64,000 nucleotides of DNA from Carpediemonas membranifera BICM (GCA_019828565.1 JAHDYR010000053.1:594214-658213); one strand, 5' to 3'. Counted from the stretch's first letter, positions 43,001 through 50,682 are shown. Program-made: numbers and translations. Notes: a model not told the origin generated them from the letters alone.

Positions 43001-43939
43001 TGGGGCGCCGTGGATGGTCTTGTGGAACACCAATGCTGGGGAAGCTGCATTTTCAACATCCTTGCCAGGACAGACAACCTTGTTGACGGAGTCGATGAAC
43101 TCCTTCACCATATCTTCGTCACCCGACGCACTGGCCATGACAACGGCAGCGGGCTTCAGGGAGTCCAAAACCGAGTGCAGTATCCCGGCTTGCCGCGTAT
43201 TGCATGTGAACAGATTGTGCGCCTCATCGATGACGAGGATGCATGGCCGGATCTTGCCGACAGCGTCCCTGGCCTTGCCGTTAGGAAGTCTCTTCTGAGC
43301 CCAACCCTGCGCAAAGTGACGTACTGAGTGATCAGCCATAGTAGAGGATGCATTCTCACCCTCTGTCAGATAAATGTGGGGTGATGCCAGCAGCGATGGG
43401 ATGTCAGCGCGGCCTTGCCCACTTGTCGCCTTAATAAGGCTCCTCATACCATCTCGATCCAATCCCTTGGCGAATACTCTAAATCCATCAAGGGAGTACG
43501 GCTCAGTCGACCTCATATCCACCGCCAGACAACGCTCACTTCGGAAATCTGAAAAGCTCTGATCGCCAACAATATCTTTCATCTTATCAAATCCAAATCC
43601 TCTTCCATATGCGCGATTGGGCCTTGGGGGGAAGAATTTTTGGCAGGAGGCCATGAGCTGATCAATTTGCTGGTGGGTCCGAGAAAGGAGGAAGACCCAT
43701 GGCTCATTGCTGGTGTCTTTGGTGCCTTCAGCGTTCGTGATGGTGTTCAATGCGTCTAAAAACATGCCAGTCTTGCCAGATCCCGTTGCGGAGCAGAAAT
43801 AGACAACCTTTGAAGGATTGCTCTCATCGTGGTCACGTAGCAGATTTGTCAACGTTTTCTTCAAGCAATCAGTTACTTGACAACGCTTAATCTTATTCCA
43901 ATCGTCTGTTTCCCAGGATTCACGTTCTTCGTTCTGCAT
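40010..43939 (-). CDS. Divergent XPD/DinG-family (RTEL1/FANCJ/DDX11-like) helicase with a large C-terminal extension including a candidate caspase-like domain
   Basis: SATGSGKT, LSRTHQQI, IDEAHNL, MASAS, GSYSEGADL, QQAAGRVVR..DHGVVVYVD; C-terminal LHVTAHG and LILSGQCR. Confidence 0.8.
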   Translation of the reverse strand: MQNEERESWETDDWNKIKRCQVTDCLKKTLTNLLRDHDESNPSKVVYFCSATGSGKTGMFLDALNTITNAEGTKDTSNEPWVFLLSRTHQQIDQLMASCQKFFPPRPNRAYGRGFGFDKMKDIVGDQSFSDFRSERCLAVDMRSTEPYSLDGFRVFAKGLDRDGMRSLIKATSGQGRADIPSLLASPHIYLTEGENASSTMADHSVRHFAQGWAQKRLPNGKARDAVGKIRPCILVIDEAHNLFTCNTRQAGILHSVLDSLKPAAVVMASASGDEDMVKEFIDSVNKVVCPGKDVENAASPALVFHKTIHGAPFTIGMREFRDTSGFQATQNPSEREAQYWFSFTNDALGKNVRIGNEDCCKNCADVVIKYLNQLRDSLTCLGHKKNYAGKTPGVIVFVPKDARDEVFRQCEQGLFEEDSTRHYHLLNLNDQTNRKVLEEWAIAGETGTTLVMIHHYNGSYSEGADLPPGMLGLALVFGQYYVGGSTKKAGPQKLGHIASQQAAGRVVRGPYDHGVVVYVDKAYEKLTPLNTERWADEDQRDFDSTIAAIRGVIAQPHPPSGLKASVLRPACQHTNELVCSSGGSSIFVSEPGVSVMDLCSSVTNMTIQAGRLDGGTDNLTGADSFVTLQTFEILARQYPKETRRLRRLIGNLSTRVIVSQILSLFYDQTYRGLRVDVPMLRRAIGGDHDIPLFAQFECDKARAAIKKLQEWASSESEDYGFAADCKSVLRLILTHHDDLGEVNGRADYIVDWMKAHNNPADHADSHPALKEVAELFLDLDSLSASAVRDRLLEKIRERGSIVMFKEVVHRATTAALAQFTHSVLQSLSVKLFVTMRASPTVDALFHAESGPATQLLPLSIQDRLRDCHIPHLIREMSDKMIRVKAVLAMPTCSTGVWPAEWKNEECEKVLVALNARKDHSCSSLAEVFFRSSFSFGTRPDEEGTPLDEPLPDTRVVYAAILDRCICKSKHQGVALLRSLLRTGKLDKGEYEKELKHLRENNKLLEAPAFRNTKHGRLTLIVDPSTKSDEAQADEVHTAALRFISVIERAISAGKDVVLHVTAHGRSCHLDSMGAIRVVPNTISVVVGCTSDQALYLNLNFLLHSINEARKAILKEGKKPGRLLILSGQCRIAVSSIPVNEDGDAKDEKTLLINHLPDLPGIDAFFAQQPPFKNRVHDGDSKASAVFSTRLPDDLSWLADVSCDQFTQVCINMALKAIGSVRQRSFDGLKDRDTLIAECRWATEKLQAERGRADIVSMDPVLYSEDRIPSGEPPREYVERILASIVKKAKEGTDDLHGREQDEPEQINE

Positions 43940-44395
43940 TGCCAAGGTTCTCTTGTGCAGATTAGCGGTCGACTCAACCGGAGTCACTCGCTGCCAACGA
44001 TGGGTGGAAATTTATGCCCATGGGACATTGTCTCATGGGGCCCCTTTGCTTCAAAACTTGTCCGACAGTCGAGACAGCCAGCCGAGTGCCGCTGACTGTT
44101 CATCCACCACACTCCACGCGTGAGTTGACTGATCGGTCTCGGTCAGTGCTCTGGTCTGCTGGTTGTCGGTGGACTGGACCGTCCAACCGACCACATCGAT
44201 GACCCTCAGCGTTTGGGCAGCTGTCTGTTGCGTCTTCTCCTCCTCGGACATCTTGATCGAGTTGCCGTGACTCGCCATAACGGATCACAGTTTCCGGCTG
44301 TATGCATGGATTCTTCCTGGATAGCAGACTTCCGCTAGAGTGCCTCGACGGCGTCCAGATCATTTTCGTGCAGTTTATGCATCATTCGCCCTGTC

Positions 44396-45270
44396 ATGGC
44401 TGCACGTCAGAGGAAGCGCCGTACGAAGGCTTCTCAGCCCGATTTCCAGGAGCCTGATACTCAGAAGCCTGAAGCCGAAGTAGAACAGGCTGAGGCCCAA
44501 GTCGAAGACCAAAACCTCGACGATGCTGATTTTCAGAGCGATTGTTTGTTCTTTCCGCCATTAGTTCTTATGCAGCAGATGTAGAGTTTGGTCCCGTTGA
44601 TCCTGTCCAAGATCAGCGCATAACACAGCTCGATGAGGTGATGAAGGCATTCAACCCCAAGCTTCGCTTCAAAACTGTCAAGCAGCTCGAACGGTTCCTC
44701 GTCACCGCGCAGGGCAAGCTCAAGCATGACACGAAGCAGGACCTGAAGGCCAAGCTGAAGATGTACTCCCGTGTCGGCGGTGAGCTCTGCTTCGATCCCG
44801 TCCGCCAGCAGTTCTTCCCCTACCTGCCCCCCAGCGCCAGGCAGATGGTCCAGCAGGCTAAGAAGCCGGAGAAGCCTGCCGGGTCATACGTCAAGGTTCT
44901 CATTATCGTGCTCTTCCTCGTTCTCATCCTCCTCGGGGCGGTGGGTGTCGGTCTCTACGCCAAGTTCCCCGAGCTTTTTTCTTTCACAGTCGACACTGGC
45001 TACCAGGACTACTATGCCATCTTAGGAGTGCCTAGGGATGCGACCCAGGCGGAGATCAAGAAGACGTACAGGAAGCTTGCTCTGGAGCTACATCCTGACC
45101 GAAACCCGAACTGCAAGACATGTGGGGCAAAATTGGCACTGATTAGTGAAGCCCACAAGTGTCTGGCAGACGAGACGAGGCGCAGCTACTACGACATCAA
45201 CGGTCGTGACCCAGGACCCCAGAGGGACACTCCCGTGGTCAAGCAGATGGCCAGGATGCCCAGGAGATAG
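44396..45270 (+). CDS. Membrane-anchored J-domain (DnaJ) protein; two exons (44396..44543, 44576..45270)
   Basis: One TM helix then DYYAILGV...IKKTYRKLALELHPDRN; intron joins the two ORFs in frame. Confidence 0.88.
44544..44575 (+). other. 32-nt GT-AG intron with NAGNAG acceptor (alternative end 44578)
   Basis: gtttgttctttccgccattagttcttatgcag|cag; same GTTTGTT donor as the kinesin intron; both acceptors keep frame. Confidence 0.8.
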
Positions 45271-45589
45271 CCATAAAGTACGTCGGTTAGTGTCTGGGTC
45301 TCTGAAAGGCCCTTTATGAGCTGACTCACGTATAAGGCGAGGGGGTGGAGTTGGGGCTTGTTTGATTCACTCAGTGCCACAAGTGAATTTGAGACGATTG
45401 ACTCGATTCGATTCAAATTCGCATAATCAAGGGGCAGGGGTCAATTTTGGGAGTGCTATGTTCACGGGCAGGGCTATACGAGGAAAGTGATCATGTAATC
45501 GCGTTGATTGCTTGACTTCCGAGCCAAAACTGATGTATCATGCAGCTTTGGGCATCTCGGCACGAATCGAGAAAATCGACTCATTTCGA

Positions 45590-46729
45590 ATGAGCGTTCC
45601 CCAAATGGCTAGCAACGTGCAAGTTGGTGACACAATAACGATTCCCTTCGAAGATTCTGACCTCCCGCCCCTTCGTTTGGTCGCAGACCGAGTTATTGGC
45701 TCTGGTTCCTTTGGTATCGTTTATCTGGCGCATATGGCCGGCACACACACTGATAGCAGTACAAATACCTCGCAGGTAGCGGTGAAGAAGGTGCTCCAGG
45801 ATCGCCGCTACAAAAATCGCGAACTCGCGATCATGAAGGCACTAGATCACCCTAATTGCTGCAATCTCCGCGCTTTCTGCTACTCGCCAGGTGCCCGCAG
45901 TGGCGAGGTCTATCTTAACCTTGTGATGGATTATTATCCAGAGACGATCTACTCTGTTGTCAAGGAATACGCCCGCATGCGCCAATGCATGCCTCTTCAG
46001 CTAGTCAAGCTCTTCGCATATCAGATGGCGCGGGCACTGCTCCACCTCCACTCCAAGGGCATCACCCACCGCGACATCAAGCCCCAGAACCTCTTGGTAC
46101 ACCCCCAGACGGGCCGCCTTGCCCTCTGCGACTTCGGTAGTGCTAAAGTGCTCGTTCCGGACGAGCCAAACGTCGCGTATATATGCTCTAGATACTACAG
46201 GGCCCCCGAACTTGTCCTGGGCGCCACCTACTACACAATGGCCATCGATATATGGAGTTTCGGCACCGTACTCGCCGAGATGCTCCTCTCCACCCCCCTC
46301 TTCCCCGGAGAGTCATCAATTGATCAGCTACTGGAGATCGTCAAGGTGCTGGGCACTCCTACCCGGGACCAAATCTCAGCGATGCATCCCCACTATCACG
46401 GGGAGGTGCGGTTCACACCCGTGCGGCCCCAGAGCTGGTCAAAGGTCTTCCGGTCTCGGACTGACCCGGCTGCAGTCGATCTGATGGGCAAGATCTTGAG
46501 ATACGACCCTGCAGCGCGACTTGGGCTTTTGGACATCCTTGCGCACCCTTTTTTCGACAGTCTCCGCACTCCCGACGCCGTACTCCCCAATGGGGCGCCA
46601 CTTCCTGGTCTGCTGGACTGGTCGGATAACGAACTTCGGATGATGACTGTTGACCAGATGCTGACTTTGGTGCCCGAACATGTGAGGGACGATCAGTATA
46701 CGAGCATATGGCGGGAGAAAGCGGGATGA
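45590..46729 (+). CDS. GSK3: Glycogen synthase kinase 3 / shaggy
   Basis: GSGSFG, VAVKKVLQDRRYKNREL, HRDIKPQN, CDFGSAK, AYICSRYYRAPEL. Confidence 0.97.
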   Translation: MSVPQMASNVQVGDTITIPFEDSDLPPLRLVADRVIGSGSFGIVYLAHMAGTHTDSSTNTSQVAVKKVLQDRRYKNRELAIMKALDHPNCCNLRAFCYSPGARSGEVYLNLVMDYYPETIYSVVKEYARMRQCMPLQLVKLFAYQMARALLHLHSKGITHRDIKPQNLLVHPQTGRLALCDFGSAKVLVPDEPNVAYICSRYYRAPELVLGATYYTMAIDIWSFGTVLAEMLLSTPLFPGESSIDQLLEIVKVLGTPTRDQISAMHPHYHGEVRFTPVRPQSWSKVFRSRTDPAAVDLMGKILRYDPAARLGLLDILAHPFFDSLRTPDAVLPNGAPLPGLLDWSDNELRMMTVDQMLTLVPEHVRDDQYTSIWREKAG

Positions 46730-46812
46730 GGCGATTTGCGCAATGGATAATAAAGAGCCGGAGCTCGAAAGCGATCAATGGCGGCGTTTCCTGGAATAAA
46801 TAGCCTTCTGGC

Positions 46813-47005
46813 GATGATGGTTGAGCAAAGGATGCGGCGATGAAGGACAGGCGCTCGGCAACAGCGGCCGGAGGGCATCTGGCACGGGTGAACGCGCTCG
46901 TGAGCACAGTGGCGGCAAACTGGAGTTGGGCGGCCGGGTCGTCGGTGCTCACGTCCGAGGTCTGCGTTGCGGTGGGACTATAGTGCGTGTAGGCGTTGAC
47001 AAAGC
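46813..47005 (-). pseudogene. Duplicated internal fragment of the RRP12-like gene
   Basis: Matches 34209..34402 with ~3 substitutions and a 1-bp deletion; lies between the convergent GSK3 and KCS 3' ends. Confidence 0.92.
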
Positions 47006-47024
47006 TCGATCCCAAGTCAACCAT

Positions 47025-48491
47025 TTAATGAGCCTTCTTGGCCTGAGACGCCTTGAAAGCATCGATGGCCGCTTGGACTTCAGGGCCGACCGTAATCTGC
47101 GGGGCGGGGCATGTCTCGGGGCTGTACTTAAAGCTCGCGTTCTCACCGTCAAACACGTGACGGTTCAGACGGCAGCCAGGCAGCGCCTTGAGCACGCAAG
47201 AGTTAGCCTTGAACCCGCTTCCAAACGCGATTTGCCACACGATGTTGCCGGGGCGCATCTTGTGCTGGTTCTCGTGGTAAGCGAGCTCGTACCAGACAGA
47301 AGAGGAAGACGTGTTGCCATAGCGGTAGAGAGTGGCGCGGGACGCCTCGACGTCCTTGTCGCTGAGGCCGAGGTTCTTTTGAACGGTGTCGATGACGCCG
47401 CGGCCGCCGGTATGGATGCAGAAGTTGTCGATGGCCTTGCGGAAGTTGGGCGTGTACGCCTTGGCCTTGGAGTGGAAGTGCTTCCGGGCGATCATGTTTG
47501 CCATAAAACGCGCCTTTTCAGTCCATGGGAGAATGACTTCGCCGAGCTTCGCCATGTTCTCGGTGATGGCCTTGCCGGCTACCTTGGGTACTTCTCTCGA
47601 AAGCCTGATGGCGGTATAGCCCTCATCGTCGTGGTCGAACTTGATACAGTCGTGGGAGAAGTCGTGGCGGCCATGGTGAGTCCGGATGCAGTGGAGGAGC
47701 TCGTAGCGAGTGCCCCGCTTCTTCTTGGTGGAGAAAAGCATCGCAGCACCACCCAGGCGGAAGAGGGCGGACTGAAGAGAGAATGCCTGGTCGTTGCCAT
47801 AGTACCAATCAATTGATGTGACCTCAGTGGAAACAAGCACGGCGTTCTTGCCGGGGTTGGCCTTGAGGAGGTCGTTGATGAGATCAACACCGATCAGAGA
47901 GGCGGAGCAGCCCATGCCGCCGATCTGGAAGGTACGGACCTTGGAGGGCATATTGTAGTGGTTGACGATCATGGCAGTAATAGAAGGGGTGGGGCAGTAC
48001 ACGCTGCAGTTGACGACGAGGAAGTCGATGTCGTTGGGCTTCATGCCAGTGCGGGCGAAGAGGGCGTCAAGGACGCCCGTGCATGTCTGCTTGGCCTCTT
48101 CCGCGGCAGGCTTGAGGCCGACGCCGTGGACGAAGGTCTTGGGGATGTAGGTCTGGTCACCGAGACCGGAACGCATGAGCATCTTGGCTTGGAACGCCTT
48201 GTTGGCGGGGGTGTAGGTCTTAACACTGTCGATCATGTCGTAGAGACGCTGGGCAGAAGCCATTTGGGCCTTAGGGGGGTGGTAGATAGCAAAGTCGTCA
48301 ATGAAAACACGTCTGTTGGTCTTCTTGACCCTGTAAAGTGCATAGGCGGTCACAACGATGATCGCAGCAATCCAGCGAGGGGAAAGGGAGAACAAAGAGA
48401 CGTAGGACGCCTTCACAAGATCAAACGTCGTCGTTTGGATTGTGTAAAGGATCCACTGCAGCGCTGGCTGCTCAGATAATAGCCGGTCCAT
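47025..48491 (-). CDS. KCS: FAE1/KCS-type 3-ketoacyl-CoA synthase (very-long-chain fatty acid elongase)
   Basis: RSGLGD.TY, VNCS..PTPS, GGMGCSA (catalytic Cys), HTGGRGV (His), GNTSSSS (Asn), WQIAFGSGFKANS. Confidence 0.95.
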   Translation of the reverse strand: MDRLLSEQPALQWILYTIQTTTFDLVKASYVSLFSLSPRWIAAIIVVTAYALYRVKKTNRRVFIDDFAIYHPPKAQMASAQRLYDMIDSVKTYTPANKAFQAKMLMRSGLGDQTYIPKTFVHGVGLKPAAEEAKQTCTGVLDALFARTGMKPNDIDFLVVNCSVYCPTPSITAMIVNHYNMPSKVRTFQIGGMGCSASLIGVDLINDLLKANPGKNAVLVSTEVTSIDWYYGNDQAFSLQSALFRLGGAAMLFSTKKKRGTRYELLHCIRTHHGRHDFSHDCIKFDHDDEGYTAIRLSREVPKVAGKAITENMAKLGEVILPWTEKARFMANMIARKHFHSKAKAYTPNFRKAIDNFCIHTGGRGVIDTVQKNLGLSDKDVEASRATLYRYGNTSSSSVWYELAYHENQHKMRPGNIVWQIAFGSGFKANSCVLKALPGCRLNRHVFDGENASFKYSPETCPAPQITVGPEVQAAIDAFKASQAKKAH

Positions 48492-48831
48492 TCACACTGC
48501 GACTCCGACACAGTCGATTCTGTGTGGGTGAAATTGGCGGGCGAAGATCGCCGTCAATTTGGGAATCAAATTGCCCGATGAAAGGATATACCGTGTTGTC
48601 CAAGTTCCTAAGGGGCTGAAGGGGCCTCAGTTGCTGGGGCCGGGCTCGTTGGTAGTGTTGGTCATGAGCAGTCACGCCTATTCTTATGGGGTAAAGACCC
48701 GCTTACACTGGTCATGTATTAATATGCTATGATAACTATAAGACGCGTGCCTCATCAGATTTACACCATACAACCTCTGACCAGTCGCCTTGTATATAAA
48801 ACAAGATTCAAAGAGTCACCCCGCAGGACAC

Positions 48832-49317
48832 TCACTTTGACGCCTGCTCAGTGATCTTCTTGGCCTTCTGCTGCTGTGTATACCGGATGAACTGGGCGTA
48901 TGCCCTGTAGTAATCTTGGTAGTACTGCATCCAGGCTGCATACTGATCTCCCGTAAGCCGCACACGGTAGCCGCCAGTCTTCCCTGACGTCTGCTCTTCC
49001 AGGTGCTGCTTGTGCTGCTGACGTACGGTTAAGACAAGTTCGACGGCGAGTTTGATACCCTGTTGAAGCTTCTTTTCGTCACGGTGAATAACCTCAATAT
49101 GAAGCTTTTCTGCGGCTTCATCTTCCGACATTTGTCCGTATGTAGCTCCTTTCCCCTTCACACATGTCCTACATCCAGTATTCTCAAAGATATATCGCAT
49201 GAACTGCCCTTTCGGGCCGATAACGGCGGGAATGACTTTGAAACCAAGTCCACTCTCTACATCAATAATAACACGCGCCTTTGTGGGCGAGATATTCTTC
49301 ACCTCCACATCCCCCAT
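48832..49317 (-). CDS. KH-domain RNA-binding protein (KHDC4/RIK/SF1-type KH)
   Basis: VIGPKGQFMRYI...TG...VKGKG, KLHI; Tyr/Trp-rich tail YAAWMQYY. Confidence 0.78.
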   Translation of the reverse strand: MGDVEVKNISPTKARVIIDVESGLGFKVIPAVIGPKGQFMRYIFENTGCRTCVKGKGATYGQMSEDEAAEKLHIEVIHRDEKKLQQGIKLAVELVLTVRQQHKQHLEEQTSGKTGGYRVRLTGDQYAAWMQYYQDYYRAYAQFIRYTQQQKAKKITEQASK

Positions 49318-49366
49318 TGCGTTCGGGCTCGGTTTTTGATCCGCCTTACCTTAAAGTGCGTCAAAG

Positions 49367-49392
49367 GTGTTGCGCAGTATAAACACATTGTT
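49367..49392. repeat. 26-bp direct repeat, copy downstream (3') of the Fanzor ORF
   Basis: gtgttgcgcagtataaacacattgtt, identical to 50458..50483. Confidence 0.95.
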
Positions 49393-49468
49393 CGAACCTC
49401 CCAGACAGGGCCTGAAAGGAACGATCAAAGTGCCAAACTGCACAACATCATCCGTCCGTAGACGAATG
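49393..49468 (-). ncRNA. Candidate Fanzor omega-RNA/fRNA scaffold (may begin within the ORF 3' end)
   Basis: Minus-strand hairpins CAUUCGUC-UACG-GACGGAUG, GUGC-AGUUUG-GCAC and CCUUUCAGGC-CCU-GUCUGGGAGG; G:U pairs form only on the ORF sense strand. Confidence 0.65.
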
Positions 49469-50263
49469 TTAGGTTCGGTTAGCCAATTGATGATACTGGA
49501 ATGATGTTGGAAGGCGCGGAATCAATGTGCGACTGAACGGAGAGCCACTGAGCTCATCTTCCGTGGCAAGAGAACGCCACAGGATGTTCTCTGCAGCACT
49601 CTTGTCCCGATGATCAACATTCAGAGCATCAGGAACTGTTGCGCGCCACTGAGCACCACGGCACTGTGGATTTTCGCAGAGCATCACACGTTGTGGGTGA
49701 ACGTGCTGGTCATCACGCGGACGAACTCGCTTGTAGGGGGCGTGGCAGTGAGGGCAGACGACGGTGGTGCGGTCCTCGTTAACCATGTTAAGATCGACGA
49801 CAATGTTATACCCCTTGAGAAGGGGTACTATCTCTCTCGCGAACTTTCGATATGGCGCGCAAGGAATGAACATACCAGCAGGCGTGGTGAATCCCGAGCT
49901 CCCGTAGAAGACTTTCAGGCGAATGGGGGTGGCGATGGGATGGTGGCGACCGAACTCCCGAGCCAACTGTTGGCCGCAGCGGGCGAAGTGCTTCTGGCGA
50001 AGGATGTGGTTCGCAAAGCGCACTCGGCGGAAAGACTTACGCATTCCAGCCTCGAAAATGTCGTTCGCGTTGTCCAGCACAAACCTAATAGAGTTGTTGA
50101 TACTCACTAGTCTTGTGCTCTTGAACGGCGCGGCCGTCATATCAAAGCCGAAACTTGGCGTCTTAGTGTATCCGCACTTTGGAAGGACGCCGGAGCTGGT
50201 GGTGCCATCGGGGTGCCTGATGTAATACCCTCCGATGGACCTCGCGCCCGGGTCGAACCCCAT
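49469..50263 (-). CDS. Fanzor1/TnpB-like RNA-guided RuvC endonuclease (C-terminal half only)
   Basis: GFDPG (D4), 'FRRVRFANHILRQK', 'VFYGSSGF...AP', VNEDRTT (E163), CPHC...CENPQC zinc finger, HRDKSAAENI (D220), terminal PFSR. Confidence 0.88.
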   Translation of the reverse strand: MGFDPGARSIGGYYIRHPDGTTSSGVLPKCGYTKTPSFGFDMTAAPFKSTRLVSINNSIRFVLDNANDIFEAGMRKSFRRVRFANHILRQKHFARCGQQLAREFGRHHPIATPIRLKVFYGSSGFTTPAGMFIPCAPYRKFAREIVPLLKGYNIVVDLNMVNEDRTTVVCPHCHAPYKRVRPRDDQHVHPQRVMLCENPQCRGAQWRATVPDALNVDHRDKSAAENILWRSLATEDELSGSPFSRTLIPRLPTSFQYHQLANRT

Positions 50264-50457
50264 GAGGTGGGCATCAGGATCCGGCGCGGGCGGAGCCTCG
50301 GCATTATTGGATGTGGAATAGAAGACAATGAGACGACGTGTGAGCGATTGTGATGTTTGCAGCTGTGCTGACGTCCACGAAGAAGACGCTTTGTGGAAGC
50401 CCTGGAGAAGACGATCTCCCTACCGACTTAAGACGTGAGTAGGAGGGAGACAGGGCA

Positions 50458-50483
50458 GTGTTGCGCAGTATAAACACATTGTT
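50458..50483. repeat. 26-bp direct repeat, copy upstream (5') of the Fanzor ORF
   Basis: Identical to 49367..49392. Confidence 0.95.
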
Positions 50484-50682
50484 TGACCCTTCAATAGCAC
50501 AAAAGGCGAATTGAATGCTGCAGCTCTACAGACACAGTTGGAATCGTTAGGCCGACTTTAACCTGCCAGCAAGTGACCTACCTTCATTTATGTCAAGCTA
50601 GCAACCAACCATAAATCGATCAGACAGAAGCTTTTCTGGCTGTTTGGTTGCTTCTCAGCTTGGTTTGAACAATCTTATATAC

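Larger units (their letters stand above)
49393..50457 (-). mobile_element. Fanzor-bearing insertion (1065 bp), apparently 5'-truncated or non-autonomous
   Basis: Bounded by the 26-bp direct repeats; contains the RuvC ORF and terminal hairpins; no transposase; sits between divergent KH and EMC4 genes. Confidence 0.75.

Noticed and set aside
39814-44278. Short ORFs flanking the helicase (39814..39996 MSMDLSEEG...; 44051..44251 MSEEEKTQQ...)
   Set aside because: Plausible starts but no homology or splice evidence; cannot be supported as genes.
46413-47816. ORFs 46413..47024(-) and 46821..47816(+)
   Set aside because: Explained by the RRP12 fragment running into the antisense strands of GSK3 and KCS; not independent genes.
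48531-48560. Hairpin aaattggcgggcga-aga-tcgccgtcaattt upstream of KCS as an ncRNA or tRNA
   Set aside because: Single isolated stem without cloverleaf or box motifs; no tRNA or rRNA was recognised anywhere in the window.
50264-50479. Longer Fanzor protein from the in-frame ATG inside the upstream repeat via TAG readthrough or a 22-nt intron
   Set aside because: TAG is a normal stop in many genes here; the GT..AG candidate shifts the frame; the peptide shows no recognisable WED/REC features.
49367-50483. CRISPR array
   Set aside because: Only two copies of the 26-bp repeat, 1065 bp apart and enclosing an ORF; no spacer periodicity and no cas genes.
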